From a virus: a DNA stretch of 64,000 nucleotides. The DNA lies in the IMG/VR virus record IMGVR_UViG_3300020448_000002, positions 1 to 64,000 of that record. One strand, given 5' to 3'. The position numbers and the translations under genes are program-made. Every line of letters begins with the position of its first letter. Within the stretch, counting starts at the first letter, position 1. The notes under the pieces are model-generated. The model had not been told where the DNA came from. It saw only the letters and a list, made by a program, of their open reading frames with translations, and ran no database searches. Positions 27,146-37,533 of this stretch are shown piece by piece.

Positions 27146-28810
27146 ATGAAAGTTGAAGAACCAGATCATTTTATAGAATTTGAAAACTTTGATCCATATA
27201 AAGGTAAGATCGAAAGTGTAGTAATTGTAGGTGGTGGGTCATCAGGATGGATGACTGCTGCTGCACTTGCTAAGTTATGTCCTCATTTAGAGGTTGCCTT
27301 AGTTGAATCAAAAGATATAAAAACTATTGGTGTAGGAGAGTCTACTTTAGGACATTTCAACCAATACTTAGAATTATTAGATTTGAAAGATGAGGATTGG
27401 ATGCCTCATGCAGATGCAACATATAAGAACGGTATACAATTTACAAATTTCAGAGAAGGAAAGGAAGAAGTATTCCAATATCCTTTCTATACTGATTACG
27501 ATTTAACTTATGCACCCCACGGTCTTAATACTTGGGCTCATTTAGCAAATATGTTTCCAGAAGATTTTCCACCAGAATCTTTTGCTGAATTTTATTGTGC
27601 TAATACATTCTTGTGTAATGAGAATAAGCAAACAAGAAATAGAGACGGTGTAATAAGACAGTTTGATTTTAGAAGACATACTGCATATCATTTAGATGCA
27701 ACAAAGTTTGGATTATATCTCAGAGATAATATTTGCTTACCAAATGGTGTTCAGCATATTATAGGAGAAATTACTGGTTTCCAGACAATGTATGAGAAAC
27801 CAAATGACCAAACCATTAGTTATCTTATAATGGATGGTGTCAATGCAATACAGGCAGATCTCTATATTGATTGTACAGGATTTAAGTCAAAACTTTTAGG
27901 AGGTTTCCAAGGCATACCTTTCATACCTGCTGAGAATAAACTTGCAAATGATAAAGCGTGGGCAGCTCGCATTCCTTATCTTGAAGAAACAAGAGAAAAA
28001 GAAATGCATAATGTAACTGATTGTTGGGCTATGCCTAACGGTTGGACATGGAATATACCACTATGGAATAGAATTGGTAAAGGATATGTTTACTCAAGTA
28101 GATTTGTTCGTAAGGAGCAAGCAAGAAAAGAATTTATAGAACATCTCAGACATACAGTAGGAAAGAAAAGAGCAGACGAAGCAAAATTATTTCACATTGA
28201 TATAGAGCATGGTAGGAGACAAAGAGCATGGGTTAACAATGTAGTTGGTATAGGTTTATCATATGGATTTGTAGAACCATTAGAATCTACTGGTTTATTA
28301 ACAACTCATGAAAATATACTAAGGTTAGTAACTACTCTTAATCAAAGGAATGGTTATGTAACTAGAACAGAGAAGGAAGGATTTAACTGGATATGTAATT
28401 ATACTCTTGATAACTTTATTGATTTTGTTGCAATGCACTATGCATTCTCTATGAGAACTGATACTCCATATTGGAGGTGGTGTACACAACAGAACTTCTA
28501 TAATCCAGAGTCAGTAACACAAAATGTTCCAGTTCATCAATCTATTGAACAGTTTGTTTCATCTACTCTAGGAGAAGGATGGCATCCTAATATGAATGGC
28601 ATACCATTTATTGCAGCAGGACATGGAATAAAATCATCATCATATCTTAGAAGAACTGATTATCTATTAGGAGAATTGATGTCAGATAAAGATCATCTAG
28701 TAGATAAACGTAAGAAATATATGCAATGGAAAGATTACATGGAAAAATACATTGCACAGTTACCTACACATTATGAATTCTTGAGAGACGAAATATATGG
28801 GACTCCTTAA
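27146..28810 (+). CDS. flavin-dependent halogenase (PrnA / tryptophan halogenase family)
   Basis: VIVGGGSSGW, IGVGEST, ATYK, AYHLDA, ADLYIDCTGF, GWTWNIPL, GFVEPLESTG. Confidence 0.92.
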   Translation: MKVEEPDHFIEFENFDPYKGKIESVVIVGGGSSGWMTAAALAKLCPHLEVALVESKDIKTIGVGESTLGHFNQYLELLDLKDEDWMPHADATYKNGIQFTNFREGKEEVFQYPFYTDYDLTYAPHGLNTWAHLANMFPEDFPPESFAEFYCANTFLCNENKQTRNRDGVIRQFDFRRHTAYHLDATKFGLYLRDNICLPNGVQHIIGEITGFQTMYEKPNDQTISYLIMDGVNAIQADLYIDCTGFKSKLLGGFQGIPFIPAENKLANDKAWAARIPYLEETREKEMHNVTDCWAMPNGWTWNIPLWNRIGKGYVYSSRFVRKEQARKEFIEHLRHTVGKKRADEAKLFHIDIEHGRRQRAWVNNVVGIGLSYGFVEPLESTGLLTTHENILRLVTTLNQRNGYVTRTEKEGFNWICNYTLDNFIDFVAMHYAFSMRTDTPYWRWCTQQNFYNPESVTQNVPVHQSIEQFVSSTLGEGWHPNMNGIPFIAAGHGIKSSSYLRRTDYLLGELMSDKDHLVDKRKKYMQWKDYMEKYIAQLPTHYEFLRDEIYGTP

Positions 28811-29582
28811 TAGAAAACCTTGGATCAGGTTTTACTCATTAGAACCTGCTGTTACTGATCTCTATCCTATTAAACCTGCTAGTAATCAAAAACGTGGTTG
28901 GGTTCAAGAAGAGAGAAAGAAATCAAAATGCCCTATGGCAGGTATATTAACAACTGCTAATTGTCCTGGCATTAAAAATCTTATGTCGTCAGGTTTTATT
29001 GTAACAGCACCTGCTGATTTTAAAGTAAAAACAAATGGTGATGGTATATCATTTGAATGGGAAACACCTTACTTGTTTAAGATGGGTGGTAATAAGCAAG
29101 GATATATTGGTAAGCATGATAATACTCAAGTGGATCCAATTTTAGATGACCCAAGCAAATCATTAAGATCAGTAGTAAAGGTAGAAACTCCTTGGAGAGT
29201 TAAAGCTAGTAATGATATTGTACTGTTACAGTTACCAGTAAATTATAATAATGAAAAAAGATTTACGGCAGCAACGGGATTGTTAGACCCAAAATACGGG
29301 CATGTTATACACGCTCAATTATTCTGGCATGTATTAGAAGGTGAAACTCTTGTCAAGGCAGGTACACCATTAATACATTATATTCCTATGCATAGAAAAT
29401 ACTTGCAGAATAGTCATTTTAATACTATAATAGACTCTGCAGGTGCTGTTGAATGGCAGATGGAAGAATCTTTCGAGTATGCTAATCAATCACAATTCCT
29501 TGCAGAAGACTCTGTTCAGAACCGTCTAAATAGGGTGATGACAGTTTTCAACAAGTATCGTAACAAAGGTTTTAAATTATGA
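28797..29582 (+). CDS. conserved hypothetical protein (dUTPase-like fold possible)
   Basis: CPGI......GF...AP.D, PW, KAGTPL...IP pattern. Confidence 0.6.
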   Translation: MGLLNRKPWIRFYSLEPAVTDLYPIKPASNQKRGWVQEERKKSKCPMAGILTTANCPGIKNLMSSGFIVTAPADFKVKTNGDGISFEWETPYLFKMGGNKQGYIGKHDNTQVDPILDDPSKSLRSVVKVETPWRVKASNDIVLLQLPVNYNNEKRFTAATGLLDPKYGHVIHAQLFWHVLEGETLVKAGTPLIHYIPMHRKYLQNSHFNTIIDSAGAVEWQMEESFEYANQSQFLAEDSVQNRLNRVMTVFNKYRNKGFKL

Positions 29583-29971
29583 ATGAAAGACCAGAACAGT
29601 ATGACAATGTTCAGAATCCAGAAGGTCCTATAAACCCAAGGAACAATGAACCTTATGCAGATCATAAACCAGATGATTCACCAACTCATTTGGCAGAATT
29701 TAAAATGGAAGGTATTGATGATTTAATCAATAACTTTAATGGTCAGTACAATAAAGCACATGAAGCATGTGAAAAATTAGAAGAGGAATTTAAAGATACT
29801 AAATTAAATCCTTATGGTGTAACACAAATTGATTTTAGTAAGAGACAAGAACTAAAAGATCAAATGCTAAGATTAGAAGGTGCTATTAATGGATTAAAAC
29901 TAGCACAAGACACATTCATACTAGATCAAGTAAAAGTCAGACATCCTGATAGAAAGTATGATGCATTATGA
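29579..29971 (+). CDS. hypothetical coiled-coil protein
   Basis: ORF track; ATGA overlaps on both sides. Confidence 0.7.
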   Translation: MNERPEQYDNVQNPEGPINPRNNEPYADHKPDDSPTHLAEFKMEGIDDLINNFNGQYNKAHEACEKLEEEFKDTKLNPYGVTQIDFSKRQELKDQMLRLEGAINGLKLAQDTFILDQVKVRHPDRKYDAL

Positions 29972-30633
29972 TAATCGCTGAAGATTATTCTGGTGAAGGT
30001 TTACATCTATGGCATCCTTATGTTTTTAAGTATGAGTTTGACTTTAGTGAAATATTACCAAAGCTTAGACCAACATACGAAGCAGCATTAAATCACTGGG
30101 CAGCACAAGGAGATCAGACTGAAGTAGAAGCTATACCTAAATCTACCACATCAAGAGTTGGTAGATATGAATATACGTTAGAACCTCATAATCAAGAATG
30201 TATGAAACCATTTCATGATTGGTTGGGTCCTCGTATTAATTGGGTGTGGGAACAATTTGGTTACTTAGGAGCAGAGAGTGAAGTTAGTCAGTCATGGTTC
30301 AATAGACATACTAAGGGAGGACAAACTAAAGAGCATACTCATAATTGTATTGAGTTAGTTGTAGCATCGTACTTACAGAATGATGGAGAAGGTCAAGGTA
30401 ATATAGAAATTAAAGATCCATTAGAATATCATAAGACAGGTTATCCATATGATGCAGAGAAAGAAGTATGGAAAGAAATTAAAGCTCCAACTAATACAGT
30501 TTTAATATTTCCTGGTTGGGTTAATCACAGAAGTCAAGAGAATAAAATAGGTGGTGAAAGGATGGTGATGACATATAATATTAATGCTCGTCTCTTTAAA
30601 TGTGATGTATATGAAAAAAGATTCATTTTATAG
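29968..30633 (+). CDS. 2OG-Fe(II) oxygenase, TIGR02466-like
   Basis: SWFN, EHTH, LIFPGWVNH, R.V.TYN. Confidence 0.8.
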   Translation: MIIAEDYSGEGLHLWHPYVFKYEFDFSEILPKLRPTYEAALNHWAAQGDQTEVEAIPKSTTSRVGRYEYTLEPHNQECMKPFHDWLGPRINWVWEQFGYLGAESEVSQSWFNRHTKGGQTKEHTHNCIELVVASYLQNDGEGQGNIEIKDPLEYHKTGYPYDAEKEVWKEIKAPTNTVLIFPGWVNHRSQENKIGGERMVMTYNINARLFKCDVYEKRFIL

Positions 30634-31402
30634 AACTTTACTTATGCATCATGAGTTCTCTGACATGATAAAGGTCAAAGAACCAAGAGAGTGGGAAGTT
30701 AAGTATGTTAAATTAACTGATGATATAGGATATTATATTGCAGATCAACCATTTAAAGATGGTGGATTTGATTTGTATATGGATTTGGCAGCAACATTTC
30801 CTATCATGACTGATACAAATAGAGGTGATTGCAGAGATCCAAATCCCTTTGCAACTATTCACCTACCACATTGGTGTTGTGTAGAAGTGTTTAGATTGAT
30901 GAGAGGATATTTTAGAACATGGTTTGATAAAAAACCAATAGAACAGTTGATGTTAACAGAGTGGGGTAACTTATATTTTAAAGAAGAATCATTCCCTTGG
31001 AATTATTTTAGACTACCTCATGTAGATGGTCCTCAAGGATTAGTATCTAATCTATGGTTTACAACTAACCCTGACTCAGGGACAAAATTATATAAGTATC
31101 ATGGTGATATTATTAAAGGTGATGATAATAAATTATATTATGATTTCATGGTCAATGAAGATCACAAATTATTTAAAGAAGTAAAACATATGTGTACTCA
31201 TATGGAAAGATTAGATGGGTGGAAAAATTTATCAGCAGATGAAGAGAGACACTATGGTTTTGAATGTGTAGGAATAGCACCTTGTAAAAAAGGAACAATG
31301 ACATTATATGATACTGAAGTATCACATACACCTTACATAGAAGATACATGTGACTTTAGATGGTCACACGCTTATCGTGTATCTGAAAGGTATGGGTGGT
31401 AA
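30584..31402 (+). CDS. putative 2OG-Fe(II) oxygenase (start may be downstream)
   Basis: LPHVD, GTKLY, distal SHTPY. Confidence 0.65.
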   Translation: MLVSLNVMYMKKDSFYRTLLMHHEFSDMIKVKEPREWEVKYVKLTDDIGYYIADQPFKDGGFDLYMDLAATFPIMTDTNRGDCRDPNPFATIHLPHWCCVEVFRLMRGYFRTWFDKKPIEQLMLTEWGNLYFKEESFPWNYFRLPHVDGPQGLVSNLWFTTNPDSGTKLYKYHGDIIKGDDNKLYYDFMVNEDHKLFKEVKHMCTHMERLDGWKNLSADEERHYGFECVGIAPCKKGTMTLYDTEVSHTPYIEDTCDFRWSHAYRVSERYGW

Positions 31403-31983
31403 TGGAAGTTAAATTTAAAAAAGATTATTGTTCTGATTTACTTTCATGGAAAGAGTTTGAGACTCTAGTGAATATAAGACCTTTGATGACATCAAGGAGA
31501 GTTAATTTTTTTAATAAAAAACCATATAGATGGGATTGTCCTAGTTGGGCATTGGATGTGAACGCTATACCACCAACAATAGTAAAGGAAGCCTTGTTTG
31601 AATCAGTATGTTATTTTAGGGATATGTCAAGAGCAACCGAGAATATAAATCAGTTTGCAAAAACTCTTGAAGAAGAATATAAATCAGTTGTTGATGCTCA
31701 TGTATATGTTTGTCTTAATTTAAAACCAGATCATCCATTTGGTAAGCATCATGATGTTGATGATAATGTAATTGTTCAATGTGAAGGTGAAACTAATTTT
31801 AAAGTATGGGATACAAACGATAAACAAGTGTTAGATGTTAATCTAACGTCAGGTGATACAATTTGGATACCAAAATTATATCCTCACCTAGCAACATCCC
31901 ATACTAAAAGATTATCTGTTAGTTTTCCTGTAATGGAAGGTAATGACTTATGTAAAGAAGATAGAGAGTGGATTAAATTATGA
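31396..31983 (+). CDS. JmjC/cupin-4-like oxygenase
   Basis: FGKHHD.DDN.IVQCEG...F.VW, GD.IWIP...PH.A. Confidence 0.8.
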   Translation: MVMEVKFKKDYCSDLLSWKEFETLVNIRPLMTSRRVNFFNKKPYRWDCPSWALDVNAIPPTIVKEALFESVCYFRDMSRATENINQFAKTLEEEYKSVVDAHVYVCLNLKPDHPFGKHHDVDDNVIVQCEGETNFKVWDTNDKQVLDVNLTSGDTIWIPKLYPHLATSHTKRLSVSFPVMEGNDLCKEDREWIKL

Positions 31984-32558
31984 AGAATTTTACATTTTAT
32001 AAACAAGAAGATAATCTCAATGATTTTATTTTTGAGTCAACAATAACAGATAAGAATGTATGTAATTATCTCATAGATCAATATCATATGATGGAGCATC
32101 ATGAAGGTAGAGTGACTAACGATCAGGAAAATTATGTCAATACTAATCTCAAGGTGACAGAGCAAAGTTTTGTTGAACCAGATCATGCATCATACCAGAC
32201 AATATATGAGTGTATAGATAAGACAATTAGTGTACTACCATATAGATTAACTATACCTTATGATATAACTTCAACTGAATATTCTATTAGCAGGTATCTA
32301 AAAGGTGAAGGACACTTTGGAACTCATGTTGACACAACATCCAAAATGACTTATAATAGGCTTCTTGCCTTTATATTATATCTTAATGATGTTGAAGAGG
32401 GTGGTGAGACTGAGTTTATGACTCTTAACAGATTAGTAAAACCAGAAACAGGAAAAGTATTATGCTTTCCTTGTAATTTTATGTTTCCTCATAAAGGCAA
32501 TATCCCTTTATCGAATGATAAGTATATTGTCACAGCATTTGTTTATCCAACATGGTAA
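31980..32558 (+). CDS. 2OG-Fe(II) oxygenase (prolyl 4-hydroxylase-like)
   Basis: HVD, LYLNDVEEGGETEF, PH.G, KY. Confidence 0.88.
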   Translation: MKNFTFYKQEDNLNDFIFESTITDKNVCNYLIDQYHMMEHHEGRVTNDQENYVNTNLKVTEQSFVEPDHASYQTIYECIDKTISVLPYRLTIPYDITSTEYSISRYLKGEGHFGTHVDTTSKMTYNRLLAFILYLNDVEEGGETEFMTLNRLVKPETGKVLCFPCNFMFPHKGNIPLSNDKYIVTAFVYPTW

Positions 32559-33127
32559 ATAACGATTACAACCTATATGAAATAGATCCAATTCATTGTG
32601 GTATAGATCACGATAAATTGATTCAATATGTAGATATGTCAAAGGCTAAGTTTGAACATCTATTTGATGATAAAACACATGATACTGGTTTTTATTATCT
32701 CTACAATTTCTTTAGTATAGCTTCATGTAATAAGGATACATATAACTTATATCTTGCTATTGTAAAATGTATAAGAGATTATTTTGAAGTCCATAATATA
32801 TCAAAAGATAGTGTATGGATGCAAATGTGGATGAACATACATGATAAAGATCAAGTGCTTAAATCACATTCACATGACTTTCCTTATCATGGTTATTTCT
32901 CATTAACACCTCAAAATACTGACACAGTATTTCAAGATAAAAAAGATGGAAAAGAACTGTATAGAATAAAGAATGCACCATACAATGTTTATATTGGACC
33001 TGGTGAAAGACATCATTATGTTGATGTATTAGAAGACTATACAGATAAGAGAATTACATTTGGATTTGATATTCAAACTGATGATTTAGTTACTGGTAAC
33101 TTTAGTTTTATACCTATAGCATTATGA
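32552..33127 (+). CDS. putative 2OG-Fe(II) oxygenase
   Basis: W.N.H, HSH, distal H.V, RITFGFD. Confidence 0.7.
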   Translation: MVNNDYNLYEIDPIHCGIDHDKLIQYVDMSKAKFEHLFDDKTHDTGFYYLYNFFSIASCNKDTYNLYLAIVKCIRDYFEVHNISKDSVWMQMWMNIHDKDQVLKSHSHDFPYHGYFSLTPQNTDTVFQDKKDGKELYRIKNAPYNVYIGPGERHHYVDVLEDYTDKRITFGFDIQTDDLVTGNFSFIPIAL

Positions 33128-33705
33128 TTAAATTAGATTTATATTTCCCTACACCAGTATGGTGGACTGATACTGATCTTGATAATGAATATTTGAAAGA
33201 TATAGTATATAATAAAAAATTTGAATTTCCAGAAGGAAGAGAAGTTAGCAACTATGGTGGATGGCAGTCAAATGTATTTCCACCGACTCATGTACCACCA
33301 TTATGTGATGTAGCAGTTCAAATAGCAGATCAAGTTAAAGAAGATATGGGATTAAATCCATATACTGAATTTAATGTAGATAATCTATGGTGTAATGTTA
33401 ATAATCAAGGTAACTCAAATCAAATACATATACATCATGGTTCATTCTTATCTGGTGTATATTATGTTCAAGCTAATGAGAATAGTGGTGATCTTATATT
33501 TTACAAAGATTTTAATAAGCAGTATATGAAAACTACTGATACAGAAATAGTAAAACATACACCATTAACAGGGGATGTAGTAAGATATAAACCTAAAACT
33601 GGTAGGATGTTTGTATTTCCTGGTTGGTTACCACACTCAGTAGATAAGTGTATAGATAATACAGATAGAGTATCTATTGCCTTTAACATATTAATTAAAA
33701 AATGA
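33124..33705 (+). CDS. 2OG-Fe(II) oxygenase, TIGR02466-like
   Basis: FPTP, SNYGGWQS, HIH, SGVYYV, FPGWLPHSV, RVSIAFN. Confidence 0.88.
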   Translation: MIKLDLYFPTPVWWTDTDLDNEYLKDIVYNKKFEFPEGREVSNYGGWQSNVFPPTHVPPLCDVAVQIADQVKEDMGLNPYTEFNVDNLWCNVNNQGNSNQIHIHHGSFLSGVYYVQANENSGDLIFYKDFNKQYMKTTDTEIVKHTPLTGDVVRYKPKTGRMFVFPGWLPHSVDKCIDNTDRVSIAFNILIKK

Positions 33706-34220
33706 TTCAAACTATTGAAAATATTATTCCAGAGTCACAACAAGATTTCCTTTTAGGTAAGGTAACTGACTTAAGTTTTGACTGGCATTTTATGCCTGAT
33801 GTAACTTATGTTGAAGAAGGAGAAGGAATAAACACACCAGGTTTTGCTAACCTATTAGTCAATGGACAGAAGAGATCAGGTCAGGAAGATTTATTCATGT
33901 CGCCACTTATTGAGTACTTACATAGATCAAATCAAAAGTTAGGTGCATTGCATAGAATGAGATTAGGAATGACTTTGAACAATAGCAATGAAGAACATAA
34001 CAATAAACATATTGATTTTAACTTTCCACATCAAGTAGGATTATATTATATGAATGATAGTGATGGTGATACACTTGTTTGGAATGATGATATTGTCACC
34101 AGAGTATCACCTAAGAAAGGAACATTTTTTGTATTTGATGGAGCATTTCCTCATGCTAGTTCATGCCCTAAAGAATATTCAACAAGAATTGTTTTAACAT
34201 ATAATTTTACGACAAGATGA
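33702..34220 (+). CDS. 2OG-Fe(II) oxygenase
   Basis: HID, YYMNDSDGDT, FDG..PHAS, R.VL.YNF. Confidence 0.82.
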   Translation: MIQTIENIIPESQQDFLLGKVTDLSFDWHFMPDVTYVEEGEGINTPGFANLLVNGQKRSGQEDLFMSPLIEYLHRSNQKLGALHRMRLGMTLNNSNEEHNNKHIDFNFPHQVGLYYMNDSDGDTLVWNDDIVTRVSPKKGTFFVFDGAFPHASSCPKEYSTRIVLTYNFTTR

Positions 34221-34819
34221 GACTACCATTAACAGTAGTAGATAACTTTTTTGAGACACCAACACTTGTAAGAGACTTTGCACTACAGCAAGAGTTTTTT
34301 AAAGGTGACAGAGGAAATTGGCCAGGTATTCGCACTAAGTTTATAGAAGACTTAGATGTAGATTTCTTTAATAAATTACATGATAAACTATTAAATCATA
34401 TACCTAGAAATTATAAAGGATTTCAACATTTAGAAGCAACATTTCAATTAATAGATGAGACATATAAAAGAGGATGGGTTCATAATGATGACCCTAAGTG
34501 GAATGTAGCAGGGATTATATATTTAAACAATGATAAACCTAAACAAGATTGTGGAACTACATTTTATGATGATAGAGATACATCAAATGATGGAGATCAC
34601 AGTAAAGAATATTGTGATGATGTAAATGATAATATAGGACAGAATGAAGACGTAAGAGATAAAGTTAATTCAAGATGGGTACCTAGTATGCTTGCAGAAA
34701 ATAGATGGAATCGTTGTGTTATATCTGACTCAACTAGATGGCATAGTGCAGGTAGATTCTTTGGACATAATAAAGAGACATCTCGATTGACTCTAGTATT
34801 CTTTGGGAGGGTAATATGA
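34217..34819 (+). CDS. 2OG-Fe(II) oxygenase (DUF6445-like)
   Basis: VVDNFF..P..VR.FAL, WPG.R, WVH.D, AGIIYL, WHS, RL. Confidence 0.75.
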   Translation: MRLPLTVVDNFFETPTLVRDFALQQEFFKGDRGNWPGIRTKFIEDLDVDFFNKLHDKLLNHIPRNYKGFQHLEATFQLIDETYKRGWVHNDDPKWNVAGIIYLNNDKPKQDCGTTFYDDRDTSNDGDHSKEYCDDVNDNIGQNEDVRDKVNSRWVPSMLAENRWNRCVISDSTRWHSAGRFFGHNKETSRLTLVFFGRVI

Positions 34820-35400
34820 GTGATATTATAGTTGTAGATGATTTCATATCAAAAGATTATGCAGATCACATAGAACAAATAGTTAATGAAAAAGATTTCC
34901 CACTACATTTTAGAAAAGGAATTGTAACCAACGAGGATGAACATGAAGGTAATGTAGATGGCTTCATTCATATGTTATATGAAGTCCAAAAACCTGTATC
35001 ACCTAGATTTCCGTTAATATATCCTATGGTATTAAGTATTACTGAAGCAACTGGTATTAAATGGAATGTATTAGAAAGATTGAGATTTAATTTCATGTTA
35101 GGTAATAGGACATCTAAACTATTACATCATGCACCTCATACTGATAACTATACACCACACTGGTCAGCAATATATTATGTTCATGATTGTGATGGTGATA
35201 CATTCTTTTTCGATCAAAAACTTACTAAATTTACAGAAGAAGAATCATATCAAATAACATACGATAATAACTGGACAATTAAAAAACGTGTATCACCTAA
35301 GAAAGGGAGACTGGTAATGTTTGATGGTGTAAGATTTCATGCTAGTTCATTCACTAAAACTAAACCATTTAGATGTGTACTTAATATGAATTTCTCATGA
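34816..35400 (+). CDS. 2OG-Fe(II) oxygenase
   Basis: PHTD, YYVHDCDGDT, SPKKG....FDG..FHAS; paralogue of 33702. Confidence 0.82.
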   Translation: MSDIIVVDDFISKDYADHIEQIVNEKDFPLHFRKGIVTNEDEHEGNVDGFIHMLYEVQKPVSPRFPLIYPMVLSITEATGIKWNVLERLRFNFMLGNRTSKLLHHAPHTDNYTPHWSAIYYVHDCDGDTFFFDQKLTKFTEEESYQITYDNNWTIKKRVSPKKGRLVMFDGVRFHASSFTKTKPFRCVLNMNFS

Positions 35401-35930
35401 TAAACGTAGTTAGACAAGCAATTAGTAAAGATACTTGTGAAGTAATATCTAATAGTATTGAATTCATGAGAGTGATGATGGGCAACCCACCTGACCCTAC
35501 TATCAATAATGCTTTTGGATACTATTCCCCAGTATTCTTAGAAGGCTTAATGTTGTATATGCAACCAGAGATAGAGAAAAAAGTCAGTAAGAAATTACAT
35601 CCAACATACTCTTATGGTAGGATATATGGACATGGATCAGTATTAGAGAAACATACAGATAGACCAAGTGGTGAATATGGTGTCACCTGTTGTTTAGAAA
35701 AACAATGTAATTATCCTATATTTTTTGAAATGGAAGGTGGACACGTCATAGATATAGAATTGGATGTAGGAGATATATGCATTTACAAAGGCATAGACTA
35801 TCCTCATTGGAGAGAACCCTATCAAGGTAATAGACACATTCAAGTATTTCTCATGTATGTTGATAGTAAAGGATTGTACAAGGACTGGAAGTGGGATAAA
35901 AGAGATAGCTTATGCCAACCACCAATCTGA
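35397..35930 (+). CDS. 2OG-Fe(II) oxygenase
   Basis: TYSY.RIY..G..L.KHTDR...E, GD...Y.G....HWRE. Confidence 0.8.
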   Translation: MINVVRQAISKDTCEVISNSIEFMRVMMGNPPDPTINNAFGYYSPVFLEGLMLYMQPEIEKKVSKKLHPTYSYGRIYGHGSVLEKHTDRPSGEYGVTCCLEKQCNYPIFFEMEGGHVIDIELDVGDICIYKGIDYPHWREPYQGNRHIQVFLMYVDSKGLYKDWKWDKRDSLCQPPI

Positions 35931-35991
35931 CCACAGGGTATGGACAATAAGAAAATATGTGCTAGAATAATAGAGTCCATAATATCCGACA

Positions 35992-36261
35992 ATGCCAACA
36001 TTTACACTCACAGCCGTTGACGATGACGGAACGGTGACAACCAAAGAATTTTCATCACCTTTCTTAGCAGAGGTGGTAGAAAAGACTGATGACTTCTTAC
36101 GAGGAGTAGGATTTGTCTATGAAGACCTTAGAGTAATTCATAGTGATGAAGACTACGATACGATAACAAAAGAAGGAATAGTTCGTAGCGAAAGCAAAAA
36201 ACGAAAACCATTCACACCTGATTCATCTGTTTATAAAGATGATATAATCGGTATTGAATAA
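35992..36261 (+). CDS. hypothetical protein
   Basis: ORF track; degenerate palindrome and TAGAAT upstream. Confidence 0.7.
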   Translation: MPTFTLTAVDDDGTVTTKEFSSPFLAEVVEKTDDFLRGVGFVYEDLRVIHSDEDYDTITKEGIVRSESKKRKPFTPDSSVYKDDIIGIE

Positions 36262-36327
36262 TACTGTAATCATGTGTCAGCATGATACTATATAATTTGT
36301 AGTTACTATTTTTTATTAATTTACAAC

Positions 36328-36495
36328 ATGGGTAAAACTTTTAGACAAGGTGGAACTGAAAGAGGGTATAATGTACCTGGTAAATCACTAAGAGACAAAC
36401 GAGCAAAATCAACCAAAAACTATTCCAAAGGGGATTCTTATGACTATGGTAAAAAAACCAAAAAATACGGATACAACGGAGAAGTTGGAAGATGA
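36328..36495 (+). CDS. small basic hypothetical protein (55 aa)
   Basis: Hand-translated MGKTFRQGGTERGYNVPGKSLRDKRAK... Confidence 0.55.
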   Translation: MGKTFRQGGTERGYNVPGKSLRDKRAKSTKNYSKGDSYDYGKKTKKYGYNGEVGR

Positions 36496-36573
36496 TGATC
36501 TAGACTACGAAGATATGTACTATGACGATGATTATGGTGCATCCTTTGAAATAGAATACACAACTCAAGACTA

Positions 36574-36822
36574 ATGATCGGAAAAGAAACCCCCGAAATT
36601 AAGTATGATCGAGCATTAACTCTATTTGAAGAGTCAGTATTACAACCTGACTCTAAACTTAGAGGTTGTGCATATAATCAAGGATGTTTTAATGAACTCA
36701 TGGAGATCAGAGAACACGTTTTAGATTATCTTAAAACTTTAAGAGAGGTCACTCGTCACACTAATGCTGATGAGAGTGACGATATTGAAACTGCCAAGTT
36801 ACAAACAATGAAATCAAAGTGA
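36574..36822 (+). CDS. hypothetical protein
   Basis: ORF track; coupled to neighbours. Confidence 0.7.
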   Translation: MIGKETPEIKYDRALTLFEESVLQPDSKLRGCAYNQGCFNELMEIREHVLDYLKTLREVTRHTNADESDDIETAKLQTMKSK

Positions 36823-37019
36823 TCGGACTTAACTCAGCAATTTTATCAACAGATCAAAAACTCATCGTCAAAGATTCTTTGATGATGTATGTCTGTTCTC
36901 TACAGAAACAATACTTTAGAGACGGAAATTTATCGTCAGTAGAATATCTCAAACGAATGAAAGAGATAGAAACGATTGCTGACCAATTACATTTAAAGGA
37001 ACTTTACAAACATGGATGA
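36819..37019 (+). CDS. hypothetical protein
   Basis: ORF track; GTGA overlap. Confidence 0.6.
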   Translation: MIGLNSAILSTDQKLIVKDSLMMYVCSLQKQYFRDGNLSSVEYLKRMKEIETIADQLHLKELYKHG

Positions 37020-37197
37020 ACCCACAGATTTATATCAAGACATGGAGAAACTCAATATGTTATATGAAGAATTGATGTGGGACAATGATGATGTTTTAGA
37101 CTTTACACCTGATTATAAACATGATAGAATTATAATCACTAATATCTCTCAAAGGAGTAGGAGAATTAAACATGGTAAAGATCTAGATGCATTATGA
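37012..37197 (+). CDS. hypothetical protein
   Basis: ORF track; overlaps neighbours. Confidence 0.6.
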   Translation: MDEPTDLYQDMEKLNMLYEELMWDNDDVLDFTPDYKHDRIIITNISQRSRRIKHGKDLDAL

Positions 37198-37533
37198 AAT
37201 ACCATTTGTATGACCAACATGAAATACATCAAGGAACTTTTGAATCAATAGAAAAGTTGAGAAACTTTTTATGTGATCGAAAGTATGCTGAGAATTGTGA
37301 TAAAGACATAGGTTGTACATTTGATTATATTAAACACATTAAATGGTTTTTTGAAATAGAAGAATGATTGAAACACTAATTGCCTCAACTATTATTACTG
37401 TTAGTTGTGCTGACATCAATGCTCTTATTGATAGAGCAAAAACATATCCTGACATAACTGAAGAACATAGAGCAGAAGTCATAGACATCTATCGTGATTT
37501 TGGTAAGAAACAGGGATTAGATTGTGATGCAGA

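Noticed and set aside
27146-35930. Host-derived secondary-metabolite cluster or contamination
   Set aside because: No NRPS, PKS or precursor-synthesis genes are present, and the block is contiguous and co-oriented with the phage fibre genes.
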